Made by a program: the position numbers and the translations under genes. DNA of 64,000 nucleotides, taken from positions 90,019 to 154,018 of IMG/VR virus record IMGVR_UViG_3300037245_001320, one strand, 5' to 3'. The DNA is from a virus. Positions 19,385-30,343 of this stretch are shown piece after piece. Under the pieces are notes generated by a model that saw nothing but the letters and a program-made list of their open reading frames with translations, was not told where the DNA came from and ran no database searches. Position 1 is the stretch's first letter; each line of letters begins with the position of its first letter.

Positions 19385-20791
19385 TCATAATGGTTTATTA
19401 CAGAAAGGGCATTCTTGTCCAATCAGCTTTTTTTCAGATTCTGTTATGTTAAGATCTAACTTCTTAATTGTTGTTGAGAGCTCTCTGACAGCTTGTAAAT
19501 CTTTTTTCATACCTTTTATCAACAATCTTGTTTCAGCCAGTCTGTGCTCATCCTCGATCAACTCAGCTAGTAATCGAGCTTGTTTATCTGATGCAAAACT
19601 CTTTATCTCTCTGTTAACTTCAACTAAGTTATTTAAATCTTTTTTCATAGTTGTTACCAAATTGGTCGTGTTGCTTAATTTCTCTTCTAGGTTCATCAAC
19701 TCTGAAATTCTTTTTTCTTTAGCTTCGAGTACTTCATGTTTATCTAGAGTATCTTGTACATACCCTATTTCCCTTTTCAGATCCTTTAAAGAAAGAATAT
19801 ATTTAGCTCTACTATCAATTACTTCTTGTAGTGTTTTCAATTCTTGTAAGTTAGTTGATCTTTCATCAAGGTTAGTATATTTACTTAGTTCCTCTGTAAC
19901 ATAAATGTAATCATCGTATATACTTTCAAGTAACCGTAATTGCTTAGTAGTCTCCTCAAGAGTATCACATAGTATATTTAATTCCTTTAATGCTTTCTCT
20001 TGTTTTGGTGTAGAGTCAGATTTACTTAATTCTAGTTCTAATTGTAAGAGAAGTGTTTGCTTTTCCTTTAAATCTTTTAAAGATTCTTGAGTAGTATTTA
20101 GTTTGTCATGAAGATTACTTAACCTATCTAGTTGCTCTTCCATCTCTTTTAAATTATTATACTCTTCCAAATCATCTTCTAATTCAACTATATCCTCTTT
20201 AACTACCTTTAGTCTAGCTGTAACCGATTTACTCTCTGCTTTTATTTTAGTTAATACATTACTGGCTAGTGTCATATCAGCATATTTGTTTAGTTCCTTA
20301 GCTATCTTCCCTGGGGTCTGTAGAATCATAAAGTGTCCATCTAATTGGTTACTATAATTTAATGATTTAAAATCAAATAAATCCAAGACTTCCTCAGGCA
20401 CACTATTTCCTGGGGCTGTTAAAGGTTGTTCTCTCCCATCTGGATGTGTTATTAAATACTTAGTTGTAATCTTAGATTCAAACTTTCCTTTAGTCTTCCT
20501 TAGGAGGGTTGTATCGTTAAATTCAATCTCAACATAAGTCTGGTCCAATAATGTCTTGACACCCTTCTTTGTTTTTCCAACTATATTATGAGAGTGCACG
20601 CCAAACCCATATTTATTATCTCCACCTAGACTATCAGAATACACCCACTCAATACTTTTACATAGGAGAGTGGACTTGCCTGAATCCGATGGTCCAATAG
20701 CAGCATTAACCCCTTCATGTAAATCAATTACTGTATGAGGATGTTGTTGGAAGTTATGGAGAGTTAGTTTAGTTAATTTTCTGTTTTTCAT
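19385..20791 (-). CDS. sbcC: SbcC/Rad50 N-terminal half ending at the Zn hook
   Basis: NFQ.H, Walker A GPSDSGKS, Q-loop, long coiled coil, terminal CPFC. Confidence 0.85.
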   Translation of the reverse strand: MKNRKLTKLTLHNFQQHPHTVIDLHEGVNAAIGPSDSGKSTLLCKSIEWVYSDSLGGDNKYGFGVHSHNIVGKTKKGVKTLLDQTYVEIEFNDTTLLRKTKGKFESKITTKYLITHPDGREQPLTAPGNSVPEEVLDLFDFKSLNYSNQLDGHFMILQTPGKIAKELNKYADMTLASNVLTKIKAESKSVTARLKVVKEDIVELEDDLEEYNNLKEMEEQLDRLSNLHDKLNTTQESLKDLKEKQTLLLQLELELSKSDSTPKQEKALKELNILCDTLEETTKQLRLLESIYDDYIYVTEELSKYTNLDERSTNLQELKTLQEVIDSRAKYILSLKDLKREIGYVQDTLDKHEVLEAKEKRISELMNLEEKLSNTTNLVTTMKKDLNNLVEVNREIKSFASDKQARLLAELIEDEHRLAETRLLIKGMKKDLQAVRELSTTIKKLDLNITESEKKLIGQECPFCNKPL

Positions 20792-21495
20792 TTATTCTCC
20801 TTCAGTACCTCTGATGCTTCTTTTATAATTCTTATAGCTTCTAAATGATCCTCAGAAGTAGGGATATTTCTATACATAACTTTAACACATTCATCACAAA
20901 TAAAGATAGTTCCCTGTTTACTTCTATGACCACTAAAACAATTAGAGTATTCTTCATTTTTCACTATTGATTCATTACAACAAGAACAACAAGCGCCTCT
21001 TTTAGTTTGTCTGTATTCAAAGTTGAATCTCATGATACTACTCCCAACACAATCTGTAGTTCCTTACTCAGAGATAGTAGTTTATTTTTTACCTGTTCTC
21101 GTAAATCATCTTGAATAGATTCCTCTGCACTCCTTACTAAGGGAATAGATCCAAATAATAAGTTAAACTCATAACCATCAGTCTCCATAATATAAGCTTC
21201 ATCTTCGTAACCTCTGTCAATCAACTCATCATTTAAATCCTGTATAAGGGTAATAGCTCTTGTTAAATCTTGCTTCATCCTCTCAATCCCTCCATATATT
21301 CTAATAAGTTTTCCAACCATTCTTTTGCTTGCTTAGAATCTTCTCCATATAAATCTCTCATCATTTTGTAGCTGTTTAAAAGAACCACACCTGCATCTAA
21401 CATTTTGTCCACTTCGATTTGTTCATATACTGTGAGGACATCTAACCATAAATGCATGTCCTCGTCTACATCCCATACTGTTAATTTACTTCTTG

Positions 21496-22908
21496 TCATT
21501 TGTTCTCCTTTATAGTTCTATCTTCTGATTTTTCCACTATGTTATTATTCCATGCTAATGCAAATTTATCTACCTTCACATCCCTTAATGTAATAGGCTT
21601 TAGCAATCTTAAACCATCTGGGTTAGAACTTCGGCTCAGTGAAGTGTATAATTGACCACAAGAAAAGAAACCTCTTCCTGGATTTATTAACATATACTCG
21701 AACTGAAGCCCTTGTGATTTATGCACAGTAATAGCATAACAAACGTTCAGAGGGAATTGTATTACCGATCCTATAACATCTTCATCAGGACCTAATATAT
21801 CCCATTGATAAGGAGCGATTTCAAATGTTCTGCTTCCCACCTTCACGCGAATATAATGATCACAATTACCACGTAAGAATCTTCCTCTTGGTAAAGAAAC
21901 GATTGTTCCAATGGTACCGTTCACATAACTTCCATTCTGAGCATTAGCTCTGAGCATAACCTTACAGCCTTTCTTTAAAACTAATTCATCTGGAACTATC
22001 TTCTCACTAGCCTTCACATCCCCATAAATAACAGTTGAGATGATCGTTTCAGGCTCATCAATCTTAGCCATCTCTCGATTATTTATTACCTCAACATCTT
22101 TATTCGTTGTACACAATGTAGTATACTCTGTTTCAGGTGTTGGGAGAACTGTATTTATGTACTCTTCCTCTGAACTAATTAAAAAATGATTGGACAGTTC
22201 TTCAATACTTTCCCAAGTGACAGCTCCTGTTCGCACCTTTCTTAAAGCATTTAAGTAACCAACATGTTTAGTTCTATAACTCTTCAATAAAGATAACTCT
22301 TTGAAATTCATTAACTGATATAATCGAGATCCAAAGAAGTAATGTGTGAAGGTATCAAAATCATTTAATAACTCATTCTTTTCATCTTTCTTTAATATCG
22401 ACTCAAGCTGCAAAGGGTCACCTAACAGTATTATTTGAATATGTTTAATCCTATCTAAAGCTTCTTCTACATTATTTAAATCATGTGCCCCAAAATACCC
22501 TAGCAAACTCCATAGGAACTTGTGTATTAGGTCAATACGCACCATACTGATTTCATCTATCACAATTCTAGTGACGTTCTCCCTAAAGAACTTGTAATTT
22601 TTAGAACTGGTCACTTGATCCTCTGGATGTATTTTACTGATGTCGAATTCCATGGCTCTGTGAAGTGTAGATGCTTTTACACCAACCTTCTCTGTAATAT
22701 TTATAGCAGAAATTCCTGTGGATCCTGCGTAGATGGTAGATCCATCTGTTTTGTATTCTGGATCATGGGCTAATATGTTTACGATTTCTGTCTTACCTGA
22801 ACCACCTGGTCCTAGTATGCAAATATTATCTCCTTTCTTAACATGTCCCAGAATTACTTTTAGTTCTGGATTAATCTCAATATAGCTGAGGTCTTTTTGT
22901 TTTGTCAT
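21496..22908 (-). CDS. Pif1/RecD-like SF1B helicase
   Basis: GPGGSGKT, DEISM, GDPLQL, YAITVHKSQG, YTSLSR. Confidence 0.9.
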   Translation of the reverse strand: MTKQKDLSYIEINPELKVILGHVKKGDNICILGPGGSGKTEIVNILAHDPEYKTDGSTIYAGSTGISAINITEKVGVKASTLHRAMEFDISKIHPEDQVTSSKNYKFFRENVTRIVIDEISMVRIDLIHKFLWSLLGYFGAHDLNNVEEALDRIKHIQIILLGDPLQLESILKKDEKNELLNDFDTFTHYFFGSRLYQLMNFKELSLLKSYRTKHVGYLNALRKVRTGAVTWESIEELSNHFLISSEEEYINTVLPTPETEYTTLCTTNKDVEVINNREMAKIDEPETIISTVIYGDVKASEKIVPDELVLKKGCKVMLRANAQNGSYVNGTIGTIVSLPRGRFLRGNCDHYIRVKVGSRTFEIAPYQWDILGPDEDVIGSVIQFPLNVCYAITVHKSQGLQFEYMLINPGRGFFSCGQLYTSLSRSSNPDGLRLLKPITLRDVKVDKFALAWNNNIVEKSEDRTIKENK

Positions 22909-22912
22909 TTTA

Positions 22913-25013
22913 TTATTTGTTCTCCTTTATTATCTTCTTTCCTTCTTCATATATTACATAAACCACATACCATAACACTATGCACATCAATAAAGGGATA
23001 GGCATAGGTACTTCTAACTTCGCTGTACACCATCCAATCAGTGCACTGAGAATGAAAAATAAGAAAGTCCATGTATGTTTTAAATATTTATTCATCAAGA
23101 ACTCCCCAACAAGATCCCATAGGAACTGTATCGAATCCACATCCTTTTAATTGCTTAGTTACCCAATCTGCTTTCTTTTCCTGAGACATCTTTACAATTT
23201 CTTTATTGTATTCTTTATCTAAACAAGTTAGAACCAATTGGTAACATATGGCTATAAGTTTGTTTTCTCTGCTAATACTCAATTTTTCTCCTTTCAAATG
23301 TTTCTGAATCTAGTAACCTACCTGAGAGGAATTCTCGGGTACTACTGTGAAAACAACTCCAACAATAAGTATCTTTCTCCTCATTGAATATAGTGAAAGC
23401 ATCCGTTTTATTGAAAAAAGATTTCCTCCCGTTATTAGAGTAGTCTATTATGTACTCTGTGTATACTTCTGGATTGACTATCTTTGCTCCACAATTTGAA
23501 CAAAAATTACTCCTGTTTACTGAGTTTCCACACTCACATTCAAAAGGGTTTCCATTTTTAGTATTCATTTACTCCTCCTATACCCTTCAGGGTACGATTA
23601 CAGCCATTATTACTAAACTTATACCCGTTAAGGTATACTTTTTTAGTTCTTATCTACCTCTTTCCATAACATTTCAACACCCGCTACAAATCTCTTCCCA
23701 TTAAGAAAATGCTTTTTATAACTATCCATAACAAATACGGGACGATTATCTTTAGTTACATGGAGTAGAATCCTTTCCCTATAACCAGATGATTCATTAT
23801 GAGCAACTAAAACAGTTCGGCAGTCCTCAATGATCTGTTTACTTATTGCATCTATACTTGCCCCAATACTGTTATTTTCAAAATCAAACGTTATATTATT
23901 TTTACTTATCTCCATCTACTCATTCTCCCATAAAGGATTAGCATGAGTATTTAAAAACTCCATAGCTTCCTTAAATAATTTATCAGGAGAACTTTCTCTC
24001 ACTGTATGCTTTACCTCTTGCCTAAATCCATTCATAGATCTGTCATACCATACAATAAGTGTAAAATCCGCTTTCCAATCATATTCATTCTCCACATATA
24101 ATGCAAATCCTATAGAGCTATTTTGCAATACCCACAATAATTGTCTTAATGTCTCGGGTTTTCCCTCTATATAAGAATAAGGTGTTGGATCTAGTACAGT
24201 GTTAAAATGTATTTCTCCTGCTTGGCATATATTTATAGCTTCAGGTAGAATATCGTTTTTAGATATACCTTCCAATGTTCCTGTATCTATTTCTAAATCA
24301 TACCATACCTCACTGCCATCATCAGAATTATATAAATCAAATGTTAGGAATGATTTATTATCGAGCAACGTTTTAAGTAATATATCAAAATCATCTCCTT
24401 TATACTTTTTGGTTGGGTACACTTTCTTGGTTTCTTTATGTGTATTGACTGTTGTCTCATAAATGACTTCTGTATTTTTCATACCTGTTCTAACTATAAT
24501 CAAAGCTGTTAGTGCTAATAACAATGCTCCAATACTACAACACTGTGAAAATGTTAACCTCCTGACTTTAGTAAGGGTTTTGTTTGTGAATTGTTTTAGT
24601 TTCTCCATATATTTTATATCTCCTTTTATCCATTTACGAGTAGTTTACCATAGATAATGTTTGGTGTCAAGTGTTTTAAATAAAAAATAACCCAATTAAG
24701 GGCTCTCTGTGTTATTTGTGTCCTTTAATTCCATTTCCTCTACTTGTTTCAAGTAATCAGATGGAGTTTGTGTCCTGTCAAAAAAAGTTTCTTTTAGAAA
24801 TTGTTCTGCTTTCCCAATGTTACAGTCATGTAGATGGGAAACCTCTTCTGCTAAAGATATAGTATCTTTTGTTGATTGCCCACATTCTCTACATAACCAA
24901 CTACATCCACGGACGTGTGGTCCCCAACGCCTTTTGTAGTCATAACCAGACGTAACAATATCCCAACTCTCTTTAACTGCTTTATATAAATTCATGTATC
25001 TCTCCTTATGCAT
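22913..25013 (-). other. Cluster of small hypothetical genes, including membrane-anchored 23916..24608
   Basis: Contiguous ORFs with RBSs. Confidence 0.55.
24642..24670 (-). promoter_or_regulatory. Sigma70-type promoter TTGACA-17-TAAACT with TG extension
   Basis: Consensus boxes. Confidence 0.7.
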
Positions 25014-25039
25014 GTAAGGATACTACCATGTTAGGGTAT

Positions 25040-26233
25040 TTACGTCAATCCTTCTTTCTTAATTTTCTGCTTTTCTTTATACTCATCTTTAAGTTCTTGT
25101 ACTTTCTTATCTAGCTCTTTTTGTGTGTACGGGACTAGTTGTGTGAAGCATTCCGTATAGCCTGCAAAATACTTCTTAGGCTCGTACTTGTATTCTTTAT
25201 GTAATTCGTGTAGTGCGTTTTCGATGTATGTAGCATTATATTTATTTGTTTCTATTTTCTTTACAACTGTGTAACTATAAGGTAAGTTTTGTCCTGAAAA
25301 ACGGTATGTTACTTTCCCCGAAGTAATCCCAATTTTCTTAAAACGTTCTTGGGAGTTGAACAGAGTAATGAAGTATACAGTTGCTTTACTTAGTAACCAT
25401 TCTTTCTTTTTATGCTCTGCTGTGGGAATAGTGTAGGGTGCATTATTTGGTGGATGGCAACAGGAACAGATAGGATAACAGGAAAGAACGTTCCAACTTA
25501 TATCTCTATTAAATCCACATTTCTTACATGTGAACCTTACAGTAGATATAGCTGTCACATCATAAGGAATAGTCGTACACTGCCAATTACTATAAGCTTG
25601 TTCTGTTAATCTATACATTAACAATTCCTTACTCATATTTAATGTATTACTGCATCTAGGGCATAACTGTTTTCGATGAAACATGTTTGTCCACAAAGGT
25701 TTCCACACATAGTTACAAGTAGCACATTTACAATGAATGGGTATATAGCAATCCACATATTCTTTAGATAATAATTGTATAGAAGCATAAAAAGGATGAG
25801 CTAATTTTTCAAGTATTCTTTTCTGTGACCAATGCTCCTGTTGAGAACAACGACTACAATTTGAGGATCCTGTTTTTATATAAGTCCAAGCTATATCCCA
25901 TATATAACCATCAATAGTACATTGCCATTTCATTTCCTCAGGAGAGTACACCTCTGATAGTCTTTTTATAGGTAATTTATATTCGTCTATATACTTATCT
26001 ATTAAGGGAATTGTCCACCGAGTAACTTTACTGGTAATAGTATTCCATGTTTCTTCTGTTATTCTATAGTATGTTGCTTTTTGGGGTTTTTGCCTCTTTG
26101 TCCAGTACGTATCTTTTACGATCTTATGCTTAGCCTTATCTAGCTTTTCCAATCTTCTTATAGCAGCTAATAAATTACTATGGTCTCTTCCTGTTTCCTT
26201 TGCTAAATCTAATGATGATTTTAGTTCTTCCAT
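25040..26233 (-). CDS. Rha-like N-domain, Zn-ribbon repeats and C-terminal GIY-YIG-like endonuclease
   Basis: SSLDLAKETGRDHSNLLAAIRRL; multiple CxxC; VYFI..KIGIT...E..LH...G.TECF. Confidence 0.7.
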   Translation of the reverse strand: MEELKSSLDLAKETGRDHSNLLAAIRRLEKLDKAKHKIVKDTYWTKRQKPQKATYYRITEETWNTITSKVTRWTIPLIDKYIDEYKLPIKRLSEVYSPEEMKWQCTIDGYIWDIAWTYIKTGSSNCSRCSQQEHWSQKRILEKLAHPFYASIQLLSKEYVDCYIPIHCKCATCNYVWKPLWTNMFHRKQLCPRCSNTLNMSKELLMYRLTEQAYSNWQCTTIPYDVTAISTVRFTCKKCGFNRDISWNVLSCYPICSCCHPPNNAPYTIPTAEHKKKEWLLSKATVYFITLFNSQERFKKIGITSGKVTYRFSGQNLPYSYTVVKKIETNKYNATYIENALHELHKEYKYEPKKYFAGYTECFTQLVPYTQKELDKKVQELKDEYKEKQKIKKEGLT

Positions 26234-26254
26234 TCTTATTTCCTTTTCCCAATT

Positions 26255-26400
26255 AAAAAAGCTTACTAATAAATTCCCTCTAAGTTGACCCGAAATACAA
26301 TACCAGTGTTTCTTGCATTTCTCTTAAAGGGATTTTTACTAATAAGCTCTGTTTGAGTTCACTATGATTTTTCACTGGATTTCTTAAAGAAGGGTCAAGT
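26255..26400 (-). promoter_or_regulatory. Structured leader / attenuator with two-box loop pairing
   Basis: ~20-bp stem followed by a U run; loop boxes complementary to upstream boxes. Confidence 0.6.
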
Positions 26401-26422
26401 TCTTTTTATATCTTCTTCCTCT

Positions 26423-26443
26423 ATTATACCATAGTGGGAATTT
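26423..26443 (-). promoter_or_regulatory. CCCACTATGGTATAAT promoter
   Basis: Exact copy of the 21-mer. Confidence 0.75.
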
Positions 26444-26459
26444 TTTTGAGGTGTTGTAA

Positions 26460-26493
26460 GAAAAACCCTCTCAGATGTGTGCAGAGAGGGTTT
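26460..26493 (-). terminator. Intrinsic terminator
   Basis: AAACCCTCTC...GAGAGGGTTT; U run on the - strand. Confidence 0.75.
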
Positions 26494-26497
26494 AGAA

Positions 26498-26959
26498 TTA
26501 TTTACTTTTTGTTTTCTTTGATTTTTTAACTCTTGGCTTCGGTTCTACAAAATCTATAGGTACCAGATATTCTTTTTTTACATTCTCTTCATATTCCCAA
26601 GCTGTAATCTTACATAAAAGTTTGTATAGGGTATCCCATGCAGGAGTTGTTTTTGCTTTCTTTTGCATAATATGAGCAGTCTCATGGCATTGAACACATA
26701 GAATAATAATATCCTCAGGCTCTTTATCTGTTCCCATCCGGTCATATTTAACATGGTGGCACTGCATCATTAATAATCGCTTCTTATCTCCTGCTTTTTT
26801 CTTCTTTTTAACAGAACCATTTTTCCAAATACTCCAGCGTTTTCTTTTACAAATAGCACAAACAACATCAGGGTTATCTAACAAGGACTTCGATCTACGC
26901 TTCCACCAGCTTGAGGACATGTAATTTTTATGTGTAATTTGTTTCTTATCCTCAGACAT
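26498..26959 (-). CDS. HNH (McrA-like Zn-binding) endonuclease
   Basis: CAIC...CHHVKY...LCVQCH. Confidence 0.7.
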   Translation of the reverse strand: MSEDKKQITHKNYMSSSWWKRRSKSLLDNPDVVCAICKRKRWSIWKNGSVKKKKKAGDKKRLLMMQCHHVKYDRMGTDKEPEDIIILCVQCHETAHIMQKKAKTTPAWDTLYKLLCKITAWEYEENVKKEYLVPIDFVEPKPRVKKSKKTKSK

Positions 26960-27139
26960 ATATCTTCTCTTCAAAAATAGGAACAATTACTTCTATAATT
27001 TTCCTTGATTCTGGATCTCTTTCTTCACTTACCCCTGCTGTTCTAAAATCAAATTCTTCTTCAAAATCATTAAGCAAGGTTTTAATGTTATCTGCGAGGG
27101 CTCGTAAGCCCTCCTTTAATTCTTCGGTTGTTTTATCCA

Positions 27140-28444
27140 TTAGAACTTCCTCTTTCTGCCTACAATAGCAAGTTCATTTTCTATAGATAACCATTTGTCT
27201 AAGACTTGTTGTTTCAGCTCACCTTCTAAATCGTTGTCATAAACATACTGAGCTAAAGTCTCTACATCCATTCCTGATCCAAAAATAGCTTCATAAGCAG
27301 GTTCTAACATAACATCATCCATGATAATTTCTAGCATGTCCTTCTTACTCGTACTTTTTTTAAGTCCTGGAAAATCTCGTTCTTGCTCTAATAAGAACTC
27401 ATAGATATTAGCTTTGTTAGCTTCTTTTAATTCATCTGAACTTGTACCTGCCCATGATAAATTCTTACTAGCAGCATCATCTTTTAGTTGTCCTGTGTCT
27501 GTAACAAGATCATGTAAATATACAAGATTAGTATATACATTATCTAAACCTATTTGAGGAAAGAAACAACCATAACAATCTCTCCCAGGTTTAGCATTTC
27601 TTACTTTTAACATCTTAATCTTAAGCAATTGCCCAATAGGGTATTTTTTACCTTTAACAGTTCTTCTGATAATACAAGACTCTGCTACTAATGTTCTAAG
27701 ATTTATATAGAACTGTAAGGCTTTCCCTCCTGTTGGTTGTATCTTATTACCAAAAGAAACATTCATTTTTTCTCTAATCTGTGAAATTATTATTACAAAG
27801 ACACCAGAGTTCTTTAATCTAGGTACTAGGTCGGGCAGCATTTCAGTCGAAATGTACTTTTGCTTGTCTAATAAATAACTCCCCTCATCAAATACCTTTC
27901 CTTTATCATCTGCTTTAACTCTATCCTGTCCACGTTTTACAATGGTACCAGATGCAAATGAGTCCAGGGAATCTACCATTATAATATGAAGATGCTTACC
28001 GACTAATTTACCTTTATTTTTCTTTTTATTCTTCTCAATAGCTCGGGATATATTACAGTACACACCCTCAATTGTTTCCACTGTTGGATCTTTTTGTAAC
28101 TCTACTCCATACATAGCTTGTGTATTAAAGGAGTTCCCATCCTCCCCATCCAGAACTTCGTTGGAGACAGTTGAGTACTCCTCAGATCTGTTTGCCATAA
28201 TATAATTTGATATATCACAAACACCCTGAGTACCTATAGCAGTCTTACCTCCGCCTGAGTCCCCTATTATATTCCACAACCCTGTTAGAGGAAAGCCCAT
28301 ATTAGTATGACTTCCTCCGTGTAGTAAATCAATTAAATCCTGCCCCATAGGCACGTTTGTTACTTCTTGATTATCTACCTTATTCTTCGCCATTCTTCCA
28401 CCTCTTTCTTCATTTAACTTTTCTTTTTCTTTCTTTGTTGCCAA
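27140..28444 (-). CDS. recA: RecA/UvsX-like recombinase
   Basis: GDSGGGKT, VDSL, ISQIRE...GGKALQFY. Confidence 0.85.
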   Translation of the reverse strand: MATKKEKEKLNEERGGRMAKNKVDNQEVTNVPMGQDLIDLLHGGSHTNMGFPLTGLWNIIGDSGGGKTAIGTQGVCDISNYIMANRSEEYSTVSNEVLDGEDGNSFNTQAMYGVELQKDPTVETIEGVYCNISRAIEKNKKKNKGKLVGKHLHIIMVDSLDSFASGTIVKRGQDRVKADDKGKVFDEGSYLLDKQKYISTEMLPDLVPRLKNSGVFVIIISQIREKMNVSFGNKIQPTGGKALQFYINLRTLVAESCIIRRTVKGKKYPIGQLLKIKMLKVRNAKPGRDCYGCFFPQIGLDNVYTNLVYLHDLVTDTGQLKDDAASKNLSWAGTSSDELKEANKANIYEFLLEQERDFPGLKKSTSKKDMLEIIMDDVMLEPAYEAIFGSGMDVETLAQYVYDNDLEGELKQQVLDKWLSIENELAIVGRKRKF

Positions 28445-28468
28445 ATTCTATTCCTTTCTTATTGTGTT

Positions 28469-28897
28469 TTATCTGTTACCATTCCAGATTCCTAAAAACT
28501 TATTACAATCAGTCCGAGAGATAGTGTGATTCTTTATCACATCTCCCTCTTTCTTTTTAGCTACATAACCTAATTTCTCTGCATCTTTCCTGAACTGTCT
28601 TAATTTATAATTAGGATCAATTCCACATTTATGTAAATATCTTAAAGCTACTGCTAATTTCATAACAGGTTTTGTTATAGCTAAATCTGGAAAACCATTT
28701 TCTAAATAATATGACCAAATATTTTCATACAGTCTCCACTTCGCTTCAGCGTTCTTATATGACAAAACCCCCTCATAGAGTTCTGCATAGTTATATACAT
28801 ATCTAATGTTGGGGGTTGTTTTATCATGATCTTTATTATACTGCACCATAACTGCGTAAGCTTGGTTAGGTGTTATAGTTTTTTTGATCGGTAACAT
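28469..28897 (-). CDS. Hypothetical protein, possibly DNA-binding
   Basis: Basic; replication-operon context. Confidence 0.5.
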   Translation of the reverse strand: MLPIKKTITPNQAYAVMVQYNKDHDKTTPNIRYVYNYAELYEGVLSYKNAEAKWRLYENIWSYYLENGFPDLAITKPVMKLAVALRYLHKCGIDPNYKLRQFRKDAEKLGYVAKKKEGDVIKNHTISRTDCNKFLGIWNGNR

Positions 28898-28900
28898 CTA

Positions 28901-29965
28901 TTAGAAAGGGATATCATCTTCAAAGTTGCCATCACCTTCTCCGCCTGACTCTGGCTCAACTATTTCTACATTAGTTTCAGAAGCCATAGCTTCTGTAAAT
29001 GATAACCCTTCATCTACCGCCTCTTCCTTTGTTTCCTCAGGAGCTACAGGAGCAGATGTACCAAATAAAGCTTTGTACACTTCTTCCTCGGTAGGTATAA
29101 TGATGTGCTCGTCTAAACTAGGAACTTTGTCTATGATAGTATCTGGGTAAGCCTCTAGTCTAGGCATGATAGCTATTGATTTGTAATCTACCATCTTTCT
29201 TGATGTTCCTGTAGAATCCTTCCATTCCCCATCTTTACCATCAATGAATATAGTAGGTCCTAATGTAGGGTGTCCCCAGTTGATATCATTCCCAATTTTC
29301 ATCTCATCAGATTTCTTCTCTTCTAAGAGTCTACCAAAAGTGTGGTAAGCTGGAGCAAATAAGTGAAACTCTCTCTTATTTTTATTTAACTGTTTCTTCT
29401 CTTTATTATCAGGATTGTTGTTATACTTTTGTGCTTCTCTATTATACACAACAATCTCAGCATCATAAACAGCTACGATATATAGAGATCTAGTGCTAGG
29501 GAATAGTTTCTTAGCTCTTTGAAATACAGCACAATTATCTTTGTCAGATTGAGGACTCTTTCCTGTGATATCATGATCTTCTTTAGCTTTTTTGAATAAT
29601 CTCCATTTCTCATCAGCTATAGCATCACCCTCTAATCCAAAAAATGATCTTGATGGGTAATCCCATGATGTATTACCTTGTGACAATCTCATATTAACAT
29701 CTACAACAATATCGTAAACAATCTTACCTTTATTTCTGTTTATTTTCTTAGCATCATTGATATCTACTCTGTCATACTTATCTGTCGCCATTCTAAAAGG
29801 AATTAAATCCACATAGTTTGGTCCTAAGGCTGGTTTCCACAAAGGTAACTCTGTACCATCTTTCTTTAATACAGGTGTGTAAAACCTATTGTTTACAAAA
29901 TCCTTGCTTGGTGCGTTAGGGTTCTCTGTTCTCTCTTCGTTCATGTTATCAAATATGCTTCCCAT
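28901..29965 (-). CDS. gp32-like single-stranded DNA-binding protein
   Basis: Acidic tail ending DDIPF; next to RecA and a UvsY-like gene. Confidence 0.75.
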   Translation of the reverse strand: MGSIFDNMNEERTENPNAPSKDFVNNRFYTPVLKKDGTELPLWKPALGPNYVDLIPFRMATDKYDRVDINDAKKINRNKGKIVYDIVVDVNMRLSQGNTSWDYPSRSFFGLEGDAIADEKWRLFKKAKEDHDITGKSPQSDKDNCAVFQRAKKLFPSTRSLYIVAVYDAEIVVYNREAQKYNNNPDNKEKKQLNKNKREFHLFAPAYHTFGRLLEEKKSDEMKIGNDINWGHPTLGPTIFIDGKDGEWKDSTGTSRKMVDYKSIAIMPRLEAYPDTIIDKVPSLDEHIIIPTEEEVYKALFGTSAPVAPEETKEEAVDEGLSFTEAMASETNVEIVEPESGGEGDGNFEDDIPF

Positions 29966-30343
29966 ACTGTTTCTGTTTCCTTCTTATCTTTCTTTAAGAT
30001 TTTTCTTTTTCTTCTTAGTTATTTATTGTAGTTTTCTTCTACTTACTTCTTTTCTTCTACAGGCTCAACTATTGCATTTTCCTTCATTTCTTTTTGAACT
30101 TCTAATATTAGATTGTTCACTTCTATGAAGGGTAAATGGGATTGAGCACAAACACTAAACATCTTATTAAATACTTCTAGTGATATTGTAATTTTCTGCT
30201 TTGGTACTTGGTCTGGTTCCATACTTTTATATCCTTTTTTAAATTATTGCTATATGGTCTTTGAGATTTATTTCATTTTATATCTCCCTCTTGGGTAGTA
30301 GTATAAATAATTCTTTGTAAAGACTATCATATAGCTTTTTTAT

